The notes beneath the pieces were generated by a model. It did not search any database. It was not told the DNA's origin and saw only the letters and a program-made list of their open reading frames with translations. From positions 193,626,001 through 193,690,000 of the forward strand of contig OZ024742.1 in NCBI GenBank assembly GCA_964016885.1: DNA of 64,000 nt, written 5' to 3'. The position numbers and the translations under genes were made by a program. Shown here piece by piece: positions 51,780-64,000 of this stretch (position 1 is its first letter; every line of letters begins with the position of its first letter). Origin of the DNA: Eledone cirrhosa. Its lineage: Eukaryota.

Positions 51780-52763
51780 ACTTGATTTGGCCCATTACGT
51801 GCACTGCGGCATTCATATTTCTCAACTTATTATAGCTAAGTCCGTACAACAAGCTTCATTTATCAAAAATGTTCTCGATTACGTGAATGAATTGCGGAAT
51901 CTATATAGTACATCGGGGAAATTTAAGCACGCGTATTTATCACAGCACGATTAAGAAAATGAAGTATCGCCACCACGCTCCTTAAAAACTGTGTGCCCTA
52001 CTTGATGGCTAATACGACTTTGCAGTCAAAGCCCTTCTTGACAATTATTCAGATGTCCTTGTTTTTTTACAAGAGGCAACAAATGAGTTTGGCACCAACA
52101 TTGCATCCAGAACTAATGTTATTCTTACGTGTCCCTCTCCGGGCCAATGTGGTCTTGGATTGCACACTGTAGTTCCATTACTTCAATTCCTTGAAGGATT
52201 GAACAAATCTTTTCAAAGTACCACCTTCAATCTAGGTAGACTGTTGCATAGTGTCAAACTGGTGCAAGAGCTAAAAGATCTACGCAGTGAAGATTTTTTT
52301 TTCACAAGATTTAACACATTATGAAAAACTGATCAATATTTTACTCAATGGAAATGTTTGTGCTGAAGTAATAATGCACTATCCAGAGCTTGATGAATTT
52401 TCTTTAAGGAACGAAATATTTTTTATAGAAATCATCATAATGGATCATCTCTCGAGGATCATCGTAAAATAATAGTGAATCCGTGAAATGCAACCAGAAG
52501 TCCGTCGCATATTTCTAAATGTTGAGCGATTGCTCAGACTACTTTTAGTGTTTCCAACCAGTTCTTGTGAAGCTCAAAGATCTTTTAGCGCTCTGCAGAG
52601 ACGTAAAACTTGGTTGCGATCGACCATGACTCAGCAAAGGTTGAATCATATTCAAATATTCCACGTTCATAGAGATATTTTGAAAAAGATTAGTTGTGAA
52701 GAAGTTGCTAAATTATTTATTGACAGCAATGATGCGAGATATGATACATTTGGAAAGATCTAA
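51780..52763 (+). pseudogene. hAT-superfamily transposase relic (C-terminal dimerisation domain)
   Basis: LLLVFPTSSCEAQRSFSALQRRKTWLRSTMTQQRLNHI. Confidence 0.8.
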
Positions 52764-53195
52764 AAGACAATAAATGTAATTTATTCAAACGTCTATGTTT
52801 TATTTTTTATTTATTTGATATAATAAATACTTTTTAAGCTTATTTTTTTATATCTGAACTTCATTTGAATATATAAAATTTAGTTAGCCTAAAATGTTAC
52901 TTATGTGATAGGGTTCAGGAAAGACACCATAAGTAATACCAAAATGCTCCAACAAATGTTGATTTGTCCCCCTCACATTTTTAAGGCAAACGAGGCCCCT
53001 GGAAAAGAGCAACATAATTCATGAATTGAATTCACTGACCCGTTCATCTGAGGCAAACGAGTGCTCTCCCACTTAGTTAAATAGAGGATTAATTATTTTC
53101 GCAAAATACTTTCCTACTTTTTATTTGAAATCGTGTTGAATGGCATAATTGCTACAAACTCAGACAAATTCTTTTTGATTGTTTCTCCCAATTCT

Positions 53196-53418
53196 AGGGT
53201 GGTCGATTGGCAGAGTCGTTAGAACTTCAGACACAATGCTTTTCAGCATAGAGTTACGGCCCTTTATGTTCTGAGTTCAAATCCCACCAATGTTAACTTT
53301 GCCTTTCACCCTTATGGGATCGATAAAATAAAGTCCTAGAAACGCATTATGGGCAATTTAAGCGACTTTCCCCTCCCCTAACGTTGCTGGTCTTGTGCCT
53401 TAATCTGAAACAATTATT
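53196..53418 (+). mobile_element. SINE family A variant
   Basis: TGGCAGAGTCGTTAGA...GAGTTCAAATCC...CTTGTGCCTTAATCTGAAACAATTATT. Confidence 0.8.
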
Positions 53419-53942
53419 TGTCCCACTTTTTCATATCCGCCTCCCGCTGAGGTGAACTTCCACTCTTCCAGAATATATATAAACGACATTTCTCTTACCT
53501 CAGATTGTAGACATTCTGCTAGAATTAGGAACCAGTTTTTGTAAAGTATTTGCAGGAAATAAACTGGCAGAATGATTAGAGCGTTATTTATTGCAGCATA
53601 ATACGTATTTAGTTCAAATAATTATTAATATATTACCAGGCTTGAGTAATAATTAGAGAAGTATTAATATATTACCAGACTTGGCGTAATAATTAGAGAA
53701 TCGAATTTGAGATCAAATCCTTAATATATCTCCTTTAGTGACAGACAAAAAGATTTATCGCCCAAGGATGACGTTAATATGATGATATTCTCGCCCACCA
53801 GTCTCATGGATCTTCAGAAATAATGAAAGAGACTTTAATGTAGTTTATTTAGCAAAAGAAGCGCTAAGAAAAGTCAGCTACATTTTATATGCGTTAAGAT
53901 ATATTTCAATCCAAATATTATCAGTTTAGTAACAAATATATT

Positions 53943-54001
<59 letters not shown>

Positions 54002-54009
54002 ATGAAAAA

Positions 54010-54570
54010 GTATGTGCCAGAATTAGCTACTCCTGCGGTCCCCCTAATAAATATTATATAATCAACAAAAAATCACCTAGAGAACATCAACATTGCTCCT
54101 GTAGAATCAAAAGTGAATGCCCATTACAAGGTAAATGCAACACCAAAGCCATTGTATATGCGGCTAAAGTGACAACCATGAGCAACAACCAACCAGCCAC
54201 CAGTGAACGATATGTGGGTATGAAGCAAGACAAATTCAAAACGCGTTATTACTCACATGTCGCATCCTTTCGACATCCAGAAAAAAGATTTACAACAGCT
54301 CTGGCTAGCAGAATATGGGATTTGAAAGACCAAGCTATTCCAGAGAAATTGGATTGGTCAATTTTGAACCAATCTAAAGAATATGCAAGAGGAACAAGAA
54401 AATGCACGCTCTGCATAAACGAAAAATATTGGATTTTGCAAAACCTTAAATCACCAAAGGCTTGCCTAAACACAAAGACATAAATGTTCACCAGTTGCCC
54501 ACACATGAAATCACACCTGCTTTCCAGCTCATATAAACTTAACACACTTTCAGATACTTATCCTCCATAA
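54010..54570 (+). pseudogene. Penelope-like (Naiad-type) GIY-YIG endonuclease fragment
   Basis: CSCRIKSECPLQGKC..IVY..YVG..FKTRY..H..SFR..CTLCINEK..LN; in-frame continuation past TAA 54481 gives CPH..LL. Confidence 0.85.
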
Positions 54571-55107
54571 GCTCTTATTCTTCACTTAAATTATTCTCTT
54601 TAAGACTACCTTTTCTGATTTACTTTCATTTATAACCATACTATTAATTTTATTTTTATTTTTATTTTCATTTTTATTTTTATTTTTATTTTTACTTCAC
54701 ATCCACCACTAACCCCCCCCCCCTTTATTTCTCCGATTCACTTACCTAATATCTCCACTTTGCACCTTTTACTTCCCTATTTTCTTCACTACTTGATTAC
54801 TACATCACTTGTGTTTTCCACTCCAGATATTTTCTATTATTTCGCAGCCAATTTTACATTTTTATATTTGTACTCACTTATTCACAAAGCTGTTTTTACA
54901 CCCTGTATCTATGTGTCTGAGCGTCTTTATGTGTGTATACTTTCTGTATATGTACAGGAACGCCTCCGTATGAGCGCGCGCGTGCTTGTATTGTTTTTTA
55001 TACATTAAATTTTGCTCTGGTACTCACATAGAGCACTCTTCACTCCTATGACTTTTTCTATTTTCAACGGAAACTTCAATACCTATATAGATATATATAT
55101 ATATATT

Positions 55108-55183
<76 letters not shown>

Positions 55184-55681
55184 TGTGTGTTTATGTGTGT
55201 GTGTTTATGTGTGTATGTGTGTATCTATATATGCGTGTATGTGTGTATGAGAGAGATAATTAAATTGAAGTAATACATTTGCAGTACGTTTCGCTTACAT
55301 AACATAGTTTTAAAATGATAGAGTGTTATCGAAAAGTAAGGCAATGTTTCTAATTAAATTCAAGGTTCAAATACTATCAAGGGCTTCAAATCACGGGATG
55401 TTAAATCACACAAATATGTGTATGCGTATGTGCGTGTGTACGTGTGAGTGTATAAATATCTTCATTCTAGAACTAGAACGATTTCATTTGTGAGGAATCA
55501 TCCGGAAAGACCGAAGATTGCTTTACGAGTGAAACAATTCTAGTTCTGTTAAAGTAATTTCCATAATTAAATGAATATACCTATACTTTCGGGTATTGAG
55601 TAACCCTTTTGACATTAGACCCCTCCCCATTTATGTTTGGACCGTATATATTATACGTATATGTATATATATATATTATAC

Positions 55682-55737
<56 letters not shown>

Positions 55738-55743
55738 ATGTGT

Positions 55744-55793
<50 letters not shown>

Positions 55794-56159
55794 ATATATA
55801 TATATATACATATACACACATATATATATATATATATATGTTTATATATATAATGTAGGAGGTGAGTTTTATTGTAGTACAATAAAGCAATGCAGATATC
55901 GGATAAAAAACACTCTACAGTTTGTAGGACTGGAGTATACATAATATATAAGATCAATACATATATATATATACAGATATATATATGCATATATATATAT
56001 ATATGTATATACATATATATATATATATATATAAACATATATAAACACACACACATATACATATATATATATATAAGTATGTACACGTACATACATATAT
56101 GTATACAGACGTACAGTAGTATGTATATATATATACATACATGCACACACATATATATA

Positions 56160-56500
56160 TATATATGTACGTATGGATTCACCGAACATTTATTATAATG
56201 CTCGGTGTGTTTGTAAACAAACATCCCGTATTAAGCCGTAGTGTCTAGCAAACATCGTTGCTGGTTTGTTCAACACTGACAAAGGAACGCTGTACTAGTT
56301 TCAAGCTTATTAGCTATCGTCAGCAACGTATACCTTCCTGCCAGATTGTTGAACGTATATACTTACCTTATGCATATTAACGGCTGAAGAAACGAGCAAC
56401 GATGGTTGCTAGACACTACGGCTTAATACGGGATGTGTGTTTACAAACACAGCGAGCATTATAATAAATTTTCGGTGATCCATACGTACATATATATATA
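56160..56500. repeat. Fold-back element (~110-bp arms) enclosing a hammerhead
   Basis: 56161-56273 mirrors ~56383-56495. Confidence 0.85.
56287..56329 (-). ncRNA. Minimal type I hammerhead ribozyme related to the 466-bp array
   Basis: ACGUUG-CUGACGA-U-AGCU(AAUA)AGCU-U-GAAA-C(UA)G-UA^CAGCGU; flanks AAGGA/TACCT shared with the array. Confidence 0.75.
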
Positions 56501-56635
56501 TATGTGCATGTATGTATATATATATACATACTACTGTACGGCTGCATACATATATGCATGTACGTGTACATACTTATATTTAAGTAACAGCCGTACTAAG
56601 AGTGGGAAATGAAATTTCGTTTCATTTTTTCCGTT

Positions 56636-56693
<58 letters not shown>

Positions 56694-56896
56694 CATATGT
56701 ATTCAGGTTTGAGGTTCACCACTGTATAGAGCTGGTCTATTCCGTATGGTCAATCGTAATGCAATAATATAGAGAGTACTCAACGTAAAGCAGTTCAACC
56801 GTCTTTGTTTTTGTAGTTTGTGGTGCTATTACGGAGTTAAATATTATAATGAAATGACAGGAGGCTGGATTTGTGTAAATCCTTGAAAGGCTTATT

Positions 56897-56954
56897 ATAC
56901 TATGATCATTTCAATGACCGGGTTCCGTATGAATCCGGTGATATCATCAGGTAT
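56897..56954 (-). ncRNA. Hammerhead ribozyme motif
   Basis: AUAC-CUGAUGA-..ACCGG/CCGGU..-GAAA-UGAUCA-UA-GUAU; palindromic stem III. Confidence 0.55.
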
Positions 56955-57339
56955 TCGAAATATAATACGTGAATGTAATAGGTAAAATCCATGGGGCTGA
57001 AAATCAAGACCCGAGGGCGACCGCTATTCTGTTCCTTCAACCTCAGCCGGTCGCCCTGGAGTGACGTGGCTAAATTTTATAGTATGCTACTACCGGTCAG
57101 ATGAACGAAAACAGAAAGGGGTGGGAGCATAGGTTAACGTCGATCCCATGACACAAGCTAAAAGAAAGAAAGAAAGGAAGGAGAAGAAGGGGGAAGAAAG
57201 AAGAAGAGAAGCCAGGGTTAATGTCAACTAAAAGAGGAAGGCAACTACTACTGGTCAGATATAGGCAAGCAAGAGGGGGAAGGAAGATAAGTCTGCGGGA
57301 GGGAGACAGGAGGAGGGGAGGAGAGAAGGAAGGGAAGAG

Positions 57340-58357
57340 AGAAGTAGAAAAGTAAGGGTTGATGGCTACAAGAAGGAAGATAGAAAGAAGGAGGAAGAAA
57401 GGTCGATATTAATGTCAGACCACAGTCAAGCCAGGAGTGGCGCGAGAAAATTTTTCACAGGGACCCGCATCTTAGCGGAGGTGAATATATTGGGAGTCAG
57501 TGTTTTACAGTGTTTAGACTTCTAGGATGAAGTTAAACAAATTTATAATCAATATTCAATATTAAAGAGGTTAGAAAATTTAAAGTTCAACAGTTTAACA
57601 TTTAATTATATAATAGTTCCGATTTGTTCTGTAATTTAAAGGTACTATTTGGCGGTTAAAACAACGGCCGCGCCCCGGGCCCCATGGCGAATTAAGCCAC
57701 GCCGAATATTTTCATTTACTGAAAGAAGGGGAAATTTATTTTTCCAAGCACTCCAGGTGAGCTCGTTCGCCAGGGAGCTGGTCGCGCCGCCATTAAAACC
57801 CACCCAACAGTCCGACAGAAAGTTGGAACTTTAAAATTTTGCTTAGAGAAGTAAAAGAGTAATGGTTGATAGCTACAAGAAGGAAGATAGAAAGAGAGAG
57901 GAAGGAAGGTCGATATTAATGTCACACCACAGTCGGGCCAGGAGTGGCGCGACAAAATTTTCACAGGGACTCGCATCTTAGCAGAGGTGAATATATTGGG
58001 GGTCAGTGTGTTACAATGTTTAGACTTATAGGATGAAGTTAAAAAATTAATAAATTAATAATAAATATTCCATATTAAAGAGGTTAGAACATTTAAAGCT
58101 CAACAGTTTCAGGTTGATATATCTAATATTTCCGATTTGTTCTGTAATTTAAAGGTACTATTTGGCGGTTAAAACACCGGCCGCGCCCCGGGCCCCATGG
58201 CTAATTAAGCCACGCCGAGTATTTTCATTTACCGAAAGAAGGGGAAATTTATTTTTCCAAGCACTCCAGGTGAGCCCGTTCGCCAGGAAGCTGGTCGCGC
58301 CGCCGCTAAAACCCACCCAACGGTCCGACAGAAAGTTGGAACTTTAGAATTTTGCTT
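57340..58357. repeat. Diverged ~510-bp tandem duplication
   Basis: GC-rich TTGGCGGTTAAAACA..GGCCGCGCCCCGGGCCCC at 57649 and 58162. Confidence 0.9.
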
Positions 58358-59530
58358 AACTCTATCGGATGAAGTTGAAAGAATTCAGAATAACATTATA
58401 AAACTAAGGAGTAAGAGGATTGAGAATTGAACAAACAGAAAATTGAAGATTAGACATTCAAATAACGTCTATGAGGTTTTGGGTTGCGGGGTTTAATTAA
58501 ATAGTCTTTTATGAAGAAACGTTAATTGTATTATGTAGATCTGTAATTTATCCTAGTGGGATGTAGAGTACGGGATATAGTCGTGTAATGTTTAATTTTT
58601 GTTCTCAGGAGGAGACATTCTAGTGTCGTATGCTAATGGGTACAGGTCCCAATGTGAGGAGTAGAAATACATGGATACATAGAAGTGGAATACGTGGAAG
58701 AGCACATTGGTACAGCAGAGGTATAAATATATAAACATATCAATATATAGGTATAAACATGTAAATAAACCAACAAGAGTGGTGTTGGAGTAAGATGGAG
58801 AAATCAGGACATAGGAGAATTACAATATAGTTCAGGTTGCAGTATTAATGTTCCCCGGGGGGGGGGGGGGGCAATCCTGTGTCGTGTGCTAAGGATGCAC
58901 GCGAGTAAAAGTCTGAATAAGGGGAGTAAAAAGTACATGGATGTATAGAGGTAGAGTACGTGGAAAGACATTAATACAGCAAACAAAGATGTGAAGATAT
59001 AGATAAACAAACAATAGTCGTTGTCTAGTAAATGTAGAGTTCAAGACACAGGAGAAATACAATATAGTTCAGGTTGCGGTATTTATGTTCCCAGGGGGAA
59101 ATATTCCAGTGACGATTCATACGGAACCCGGTCATTGAAATGATCATAGTATAATAAACCTGTCAAGGATTTACACAAATCCAGCCTCCTGTCATTTCAT
59201 TATAATTATATATTTATATATATATATATAAATAAACATATGTATATATATAGATATATATACATGTATATATAGTTGACCACCACAATCCGGGGTTAGC
59301 TCCCTTTGGTGTAACCTGTGCCATCACAACCAGATTTATGTCAGAACGAAATCCTGTTGAGAAATTAAATCCACTGTTCGATCTTCCAGAAACTTAACTT
59401 GTATACACTACAAGCGTATTTTGTTGATTTCGGATTTAAAGAAACCTAACTTAGATATTGAATAATTTCGATGTGATGGTCCAGTTTGTTATATATATAT
59501 ATATATATGTGCGCGCGTGTGTGTGTGTGC

Positions 59531-59596
<66 letters not shown>

Positions 59597-59646
59597 TGGG
59601 GGAGGTGCGCTTGTGTGTGTGTGTGTGTGTGTGTATGTCTCTCTCT

Positions 59647-59719
<73 letters not shown>

Positions 59720-60415
59720 TGTGTGTGTGTATGTGTGTTTCTTCTCGCAAATCAGTTCTTTCGTTGCTACAGACCCCGCGGTTGAATTACCGGTTGCTAT
59801 CTTCAATTTGCAAAGCTCTTTAAACTGTATGTTATAACTCTGAGGTCTATACCTTGTCGAGTGCTTGGCTGCACTGCTGAAGGCATTCGTCGGCTTAGCT
59901 GCAACTCGAGCTTCGAATATGCTGTACATTCATTTGTATATATATATGTGTTTGATATGGTTGCTTGGATGTTTCTATAGGCGGTATGCCGGTTGAGAAA
60001 CTCCTTCCTCATTCGGAGCAGAATATAATAATATGGAAAACAAAGAATCAGTGATGCATCGAAACACAATTATTAACGTATTACAATTGTTTCTCCAGCG
60101 AACACCTCGAGGTGCGATCTGTTTGTGGATCGAAACTGACTCTGGATTCGCAAGTTCCCAGATACGTCTAGCGAATTCGAAGTCATGATAGTACCATTTA
60201 TGATGTTGCAGATGTGCAACGAAATAACTTTGATAGACTATATATATATATTTATATCTGTATTTTTAACCGTTGGTCAATCAATGGTAAACATTGATTG
60301 CCAATTAAATTAACTATGGAAATTCATAAAATACAGAAGCGAAAACCAACCAAAGAGTGAGTGTGTTCTGTTATTATTTCTGGCAATATGACCCTCCCCA
60401 TGTATAACAACAGAT

Positions 60416-60480
<65 letters not shown>

Positions 60481-61754
60481 TATATGTAATATATATATAT
60501 AACACTACTGGTTTAGTTCGGATCTAGTTGTCGAAATGGCCGGCACTCGACCGTCAAGGTCCTGACTCTACTACCCTAAGTATCGAGTACTCTGGTACGT
60601 TATGGTCCACCTGGTTCCTTACCACACTTTCTTCGTTATATATACATACATATATATATATATCACTATCCTCTCTACTATCACACTGACTATATATTCT
60701 TCTTCTTTTTTGTCAGTTTAAATTATTTACATTTTCTTCAAGGAATATACTTTTTCTGAATTCTACCGCGTAGTGAATAGTCAGTTCCACAGTTATAGGC
60801 TTGCTGAAGAAGTATTATACATAATTAAGTTTTGCATATGATTGAACAATATATATTGTAGTCAGGATATATAGACGAGTATAATAGACACAGAAACATA
60901 TCAAAGAAATTAAATTCTTAATCTCTTTCACACCGATGTTTATATTTTTCCCGGTGTAATTCTTATATATATATGTAAGAGTAAAGTGAAATATCCCCTT
61001 CTGCCACGAAAGACTATTGATTTACAGATAGAAACTACACCTCTGGGGCATAAGCCCGGTCAAGGTATTTTTGACGAAAGCATACAGTCACCCATGCAGA
61101 CATATATCCCCTTCTCGTCACCGATGTAGTGAGAGGGAAAGGTAAAAACCGATACAGCTTGTCACCAGTGACACCGCAACTCATTTCTACAGCTGTTTCA
61201 AATGGATCAACGTGGAATAAGATGTCTTGCTCAAGAACACATCGCCCGGTCCGTTATAATTATGTAAATATGGGCACACGTATATATAGGCGCACCTCTG
61301 TAGGTGTGTGTGGATGGGTGTAAGAGAGGGGGGGGGGCGTGTATGCGAATGGGCGAGGGAGTGATATACAGACAGAGAGAAGATGAAGAGAATCTCGGAT
61401 TGTATATTGAGTCATATATCAAATTTTCATGTAAATAAACATTTTTTAGCCTCGGTATGAATTATAAAATCAGGGATTATGTCACTGGTGTCCTTATCAA
61501 CGAAGAGATTGCACCCTGACGATATAGTTTCTAGTTTATTAAGCGGTGTCAGTGAGGCTTACTCCTCTTAGAGGCTCTACAATCTTATTGATTTATTCTT
61601 ATGGAAATAAGTTGCTGAAGCTCATTTGCATACAGAGCAAAAGTGCAATTAAGGACAGGTATTGATGCTCTGATAGGTTTGTATATTGAATTATATACGA
61701 AATGTTGATGTACATAAACTTTTTTCTAGCCTCGCTAGGAATGTTAAACGCAAT

Positions 61755-61847
61755 GATTATGCTACTGATATTCCTAGCAACCAAGGAAGAGCACCATTAG
61801 GTTACCGTTTCTGGTTCATTAATCCTATCAGTGGAGCTAATATTTAT
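61755..61847 (+). pseudogene. Degenerate cadherin-repeat-like fragment
   Basis: YATDIPSNQGRAPLGYRFWFINPISGANIY resembles AxDxD..LxY..FxIxPxSGxI. Confidence 0.4.
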
Positions 61848-61929
61848 CGATCTATCCATGCTTATGTATATCTATATCTATATACATCTCTCTCACTCTC
61901 TCTCTCTATATATATAAATAAATAAATAA

Positions 61930-61970
<41 letters not shown>

Positions 61971-62216
61971 TAATGTTTTCATAGCAAAAATGTTTATTTT
62001 CTTTTACATTGAGGCTCGCGTGTTTCTTGAATATAATCATATAGCATATGCTTCGATATAAACCACAATTATGATTAACGCTATCTCAGGGCTACAGCCA
62101 ATCTCTCTCTTTCTCTCCCTCCCTCCCTCTCTATGTATATATATATACATATATATATATACATTATACATATATATATATAAATATAGTGAGAGTGGGA
62201 AAGAGAGTTAGATATT

Positions 62217-62280
<64 letters not shown>

Positions 62281-62310
62281 TAGTGCGAGTGGGAAAGAGA
62301 GATAGATATT

Positions 62311-62357
<47 letters not shown>

Positions 62358-62525
62358 GGAGGGAGAGAGACGGAGGACCTGTCTTTCTTATTTTAATGCC
62401 ATTAATGCAGTTATTATATTTTTCATAGTTCCGTTGAATGATGTAAAGAACATTATCAATTTTAGGGTCACATGAATGATCCACTAATTAAGAAGTGAGT
62501 ACGTCATGGGTATAAACACGCTACA

Positions 62526-62585
<60 letters not shown>

Positions 62586-62991
62586 ATCTACATATATATA
62601 TATATATATATAAAGACACAGATATATATGTTTTGCAACGGGTCACTTTGTGGTTCAATGAAGAATTAATAAATTAAATAAAATAATCTGAGCTATATAT
62701 CATAAAGCACATGAGGTAACTAAATATATAGACTTTTCTTCTAGTTTATTGTACACCAAATTCTGTTTAGTTGATTGTATATCTGGTCGATTTATACATG
62801 CTGTCGAAATATTCGATAAATACTTCGTCGCAACCGCCGCGAAAGGCTGCTTTCGGTTATTTGTCAGAGATTTCTTCATAGGAGCCTTTATTATTATAGC
62901 TTGGTCTAATTGATTTTTTACATGGTTAATTATGCTAATAGGGAGAGGAAACGGTATATATTTTATCTGGTGATTCTATAGACATGTTTTA

Positions 62992-63044
<53 letters not shown>

Positions 63045-63109
63045 AAGTTATTCCAGGTGGAATCGGAGGTAACCACAGTAAGTAAGGTACTCAATACATA
63101 GCAGAGTAC

Positions 63110-63680
63110 ATCTATATATATATGTGCATGTATATATATACATACTACTGTACGTATGTATACATATATGTATGTACGTATACATACTTATATTTATGTA
63201 TCAGCCGGACTAAAAGTGAGAAATGAAATTTCATTTCAATCTTTACCATGTATCGTTTCCTGTACGCCCGGCCGATTACCTCACTCGATATGCAAATTAG
63301 GCTGCTCCGCCGTTAATATGCATAAGGAAAGTATATACTTTCAAACGTTCAATCATCTGACAGGAAGGTATACGATTCTGACGATAGCTAATAAGCTTGA
63401 AAATAGTTCATCGTTCCTTTGTAAGTGTTGAACAAATAGGGCAGCGATGGTTGCCGAACACTGTACGGCTTAATTCGGGCTGTTTGTTTACAAACAAACA
63501 GAACGTTATAATAAATGTTTGGTGAATCCATACGTATATATATATATATATGTATGCATGTATGTATATATATACATACTACTGTACATCTGTATACATA
63601 TATGTATGTATGTATACATACTTATATTTAAGTATCAGCCGTACTAAGAGTGTGAATGAAATTTCATTTCATTCTTTTCC
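63110..63680 (+). mobile_element. ~1.3 units (~435-bp period) of a retrozyme-like repeat related to the 466-bp array
   Basis: Direct repeats 63110-63248 and 63541-63682; hammerhead core at 63372-63414. Confidence 0.7.
63372..63414 (+). ncRNA. Degenerate hammerhead ribozyme
   Basis: ACGAUU-CUGACGA-U-AGCU/AGCU-U-GAAA-AUAG-UU-CAUCGU. Confidence 0.55.
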
Positions 63681-64000
63681 ATTTATATATATATATATAT
63701 ATATATATCATAGTGAGTTTTATATAATGTAATGATATATTGAGTTTACACTAAAACATTTTCCATCACTTGCATTGTCATGTCGGATCAAGAATTTTGA
63801 AATTAATTCCAATATTTAGTATTATTACAGCTAGCTAATTGCAGTGAATGCACGGGATTAGTGGAGCAAAGTATGATATTGCTTCTGGTGTTAACGTATT
63901 AAATGATATCACTTCAAGTTTGACTAACCTTCAGATGGCTTGAAAAATCCTTAGGTTCAAATCACGCCGATGTCAATCTAGCTGATAATAATGCTGGGGT

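Larger units (their letters stand above)
56842..59205 (-). mobile_element. Probable Penelope-like element with ~95-bp inverted termini and internal duplications
   Basis: 56842-56935 mirrors 59114-59205; hammerhead core in the left copy. Confidence 0.6.

Overview
AT-rich, microsatellite-dense animal DNA, probably from an octopod cephalopod (inferred from the tRNA-derived SINE families and repeat spectrum). There is no intact host gene. Most six-frame ORFs are microsatellite or antisense artefacts. Main contents: (1) a 3.6-kb tandem array (22237-25841) of ~7.7 highly structured 466/467-bp units, each with a perfectly conserved minimal type I hammerhead ribozyme on the minus strand. It looks like a retrozyme; diverged relatives lie at 56.3 and 63.4 kb, and further hammerheads and Penelope/Naiad RT and GIY-YIG relics occur nearby. 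(2) A head-to-tail train of three Tx1/L1-clade LINEs (29537-45083), each joined to the next by exactly (ATT)5. Their 3' terminal ~28 nt match the 3' end of the most abundant SINE. (3) A decayed RTE LINE ending in three C2H2 zinc fingers. (4) Relics of Dong/R4, 5'-inverted RTE-like, mariner, hAT and Helitron-like elements, plus many fold-back palindromes. (5) Scattered + strand cadherin-repeat motifs in the unique DNA, suggesting a large cadherin pseudogene broken up by these insertions.
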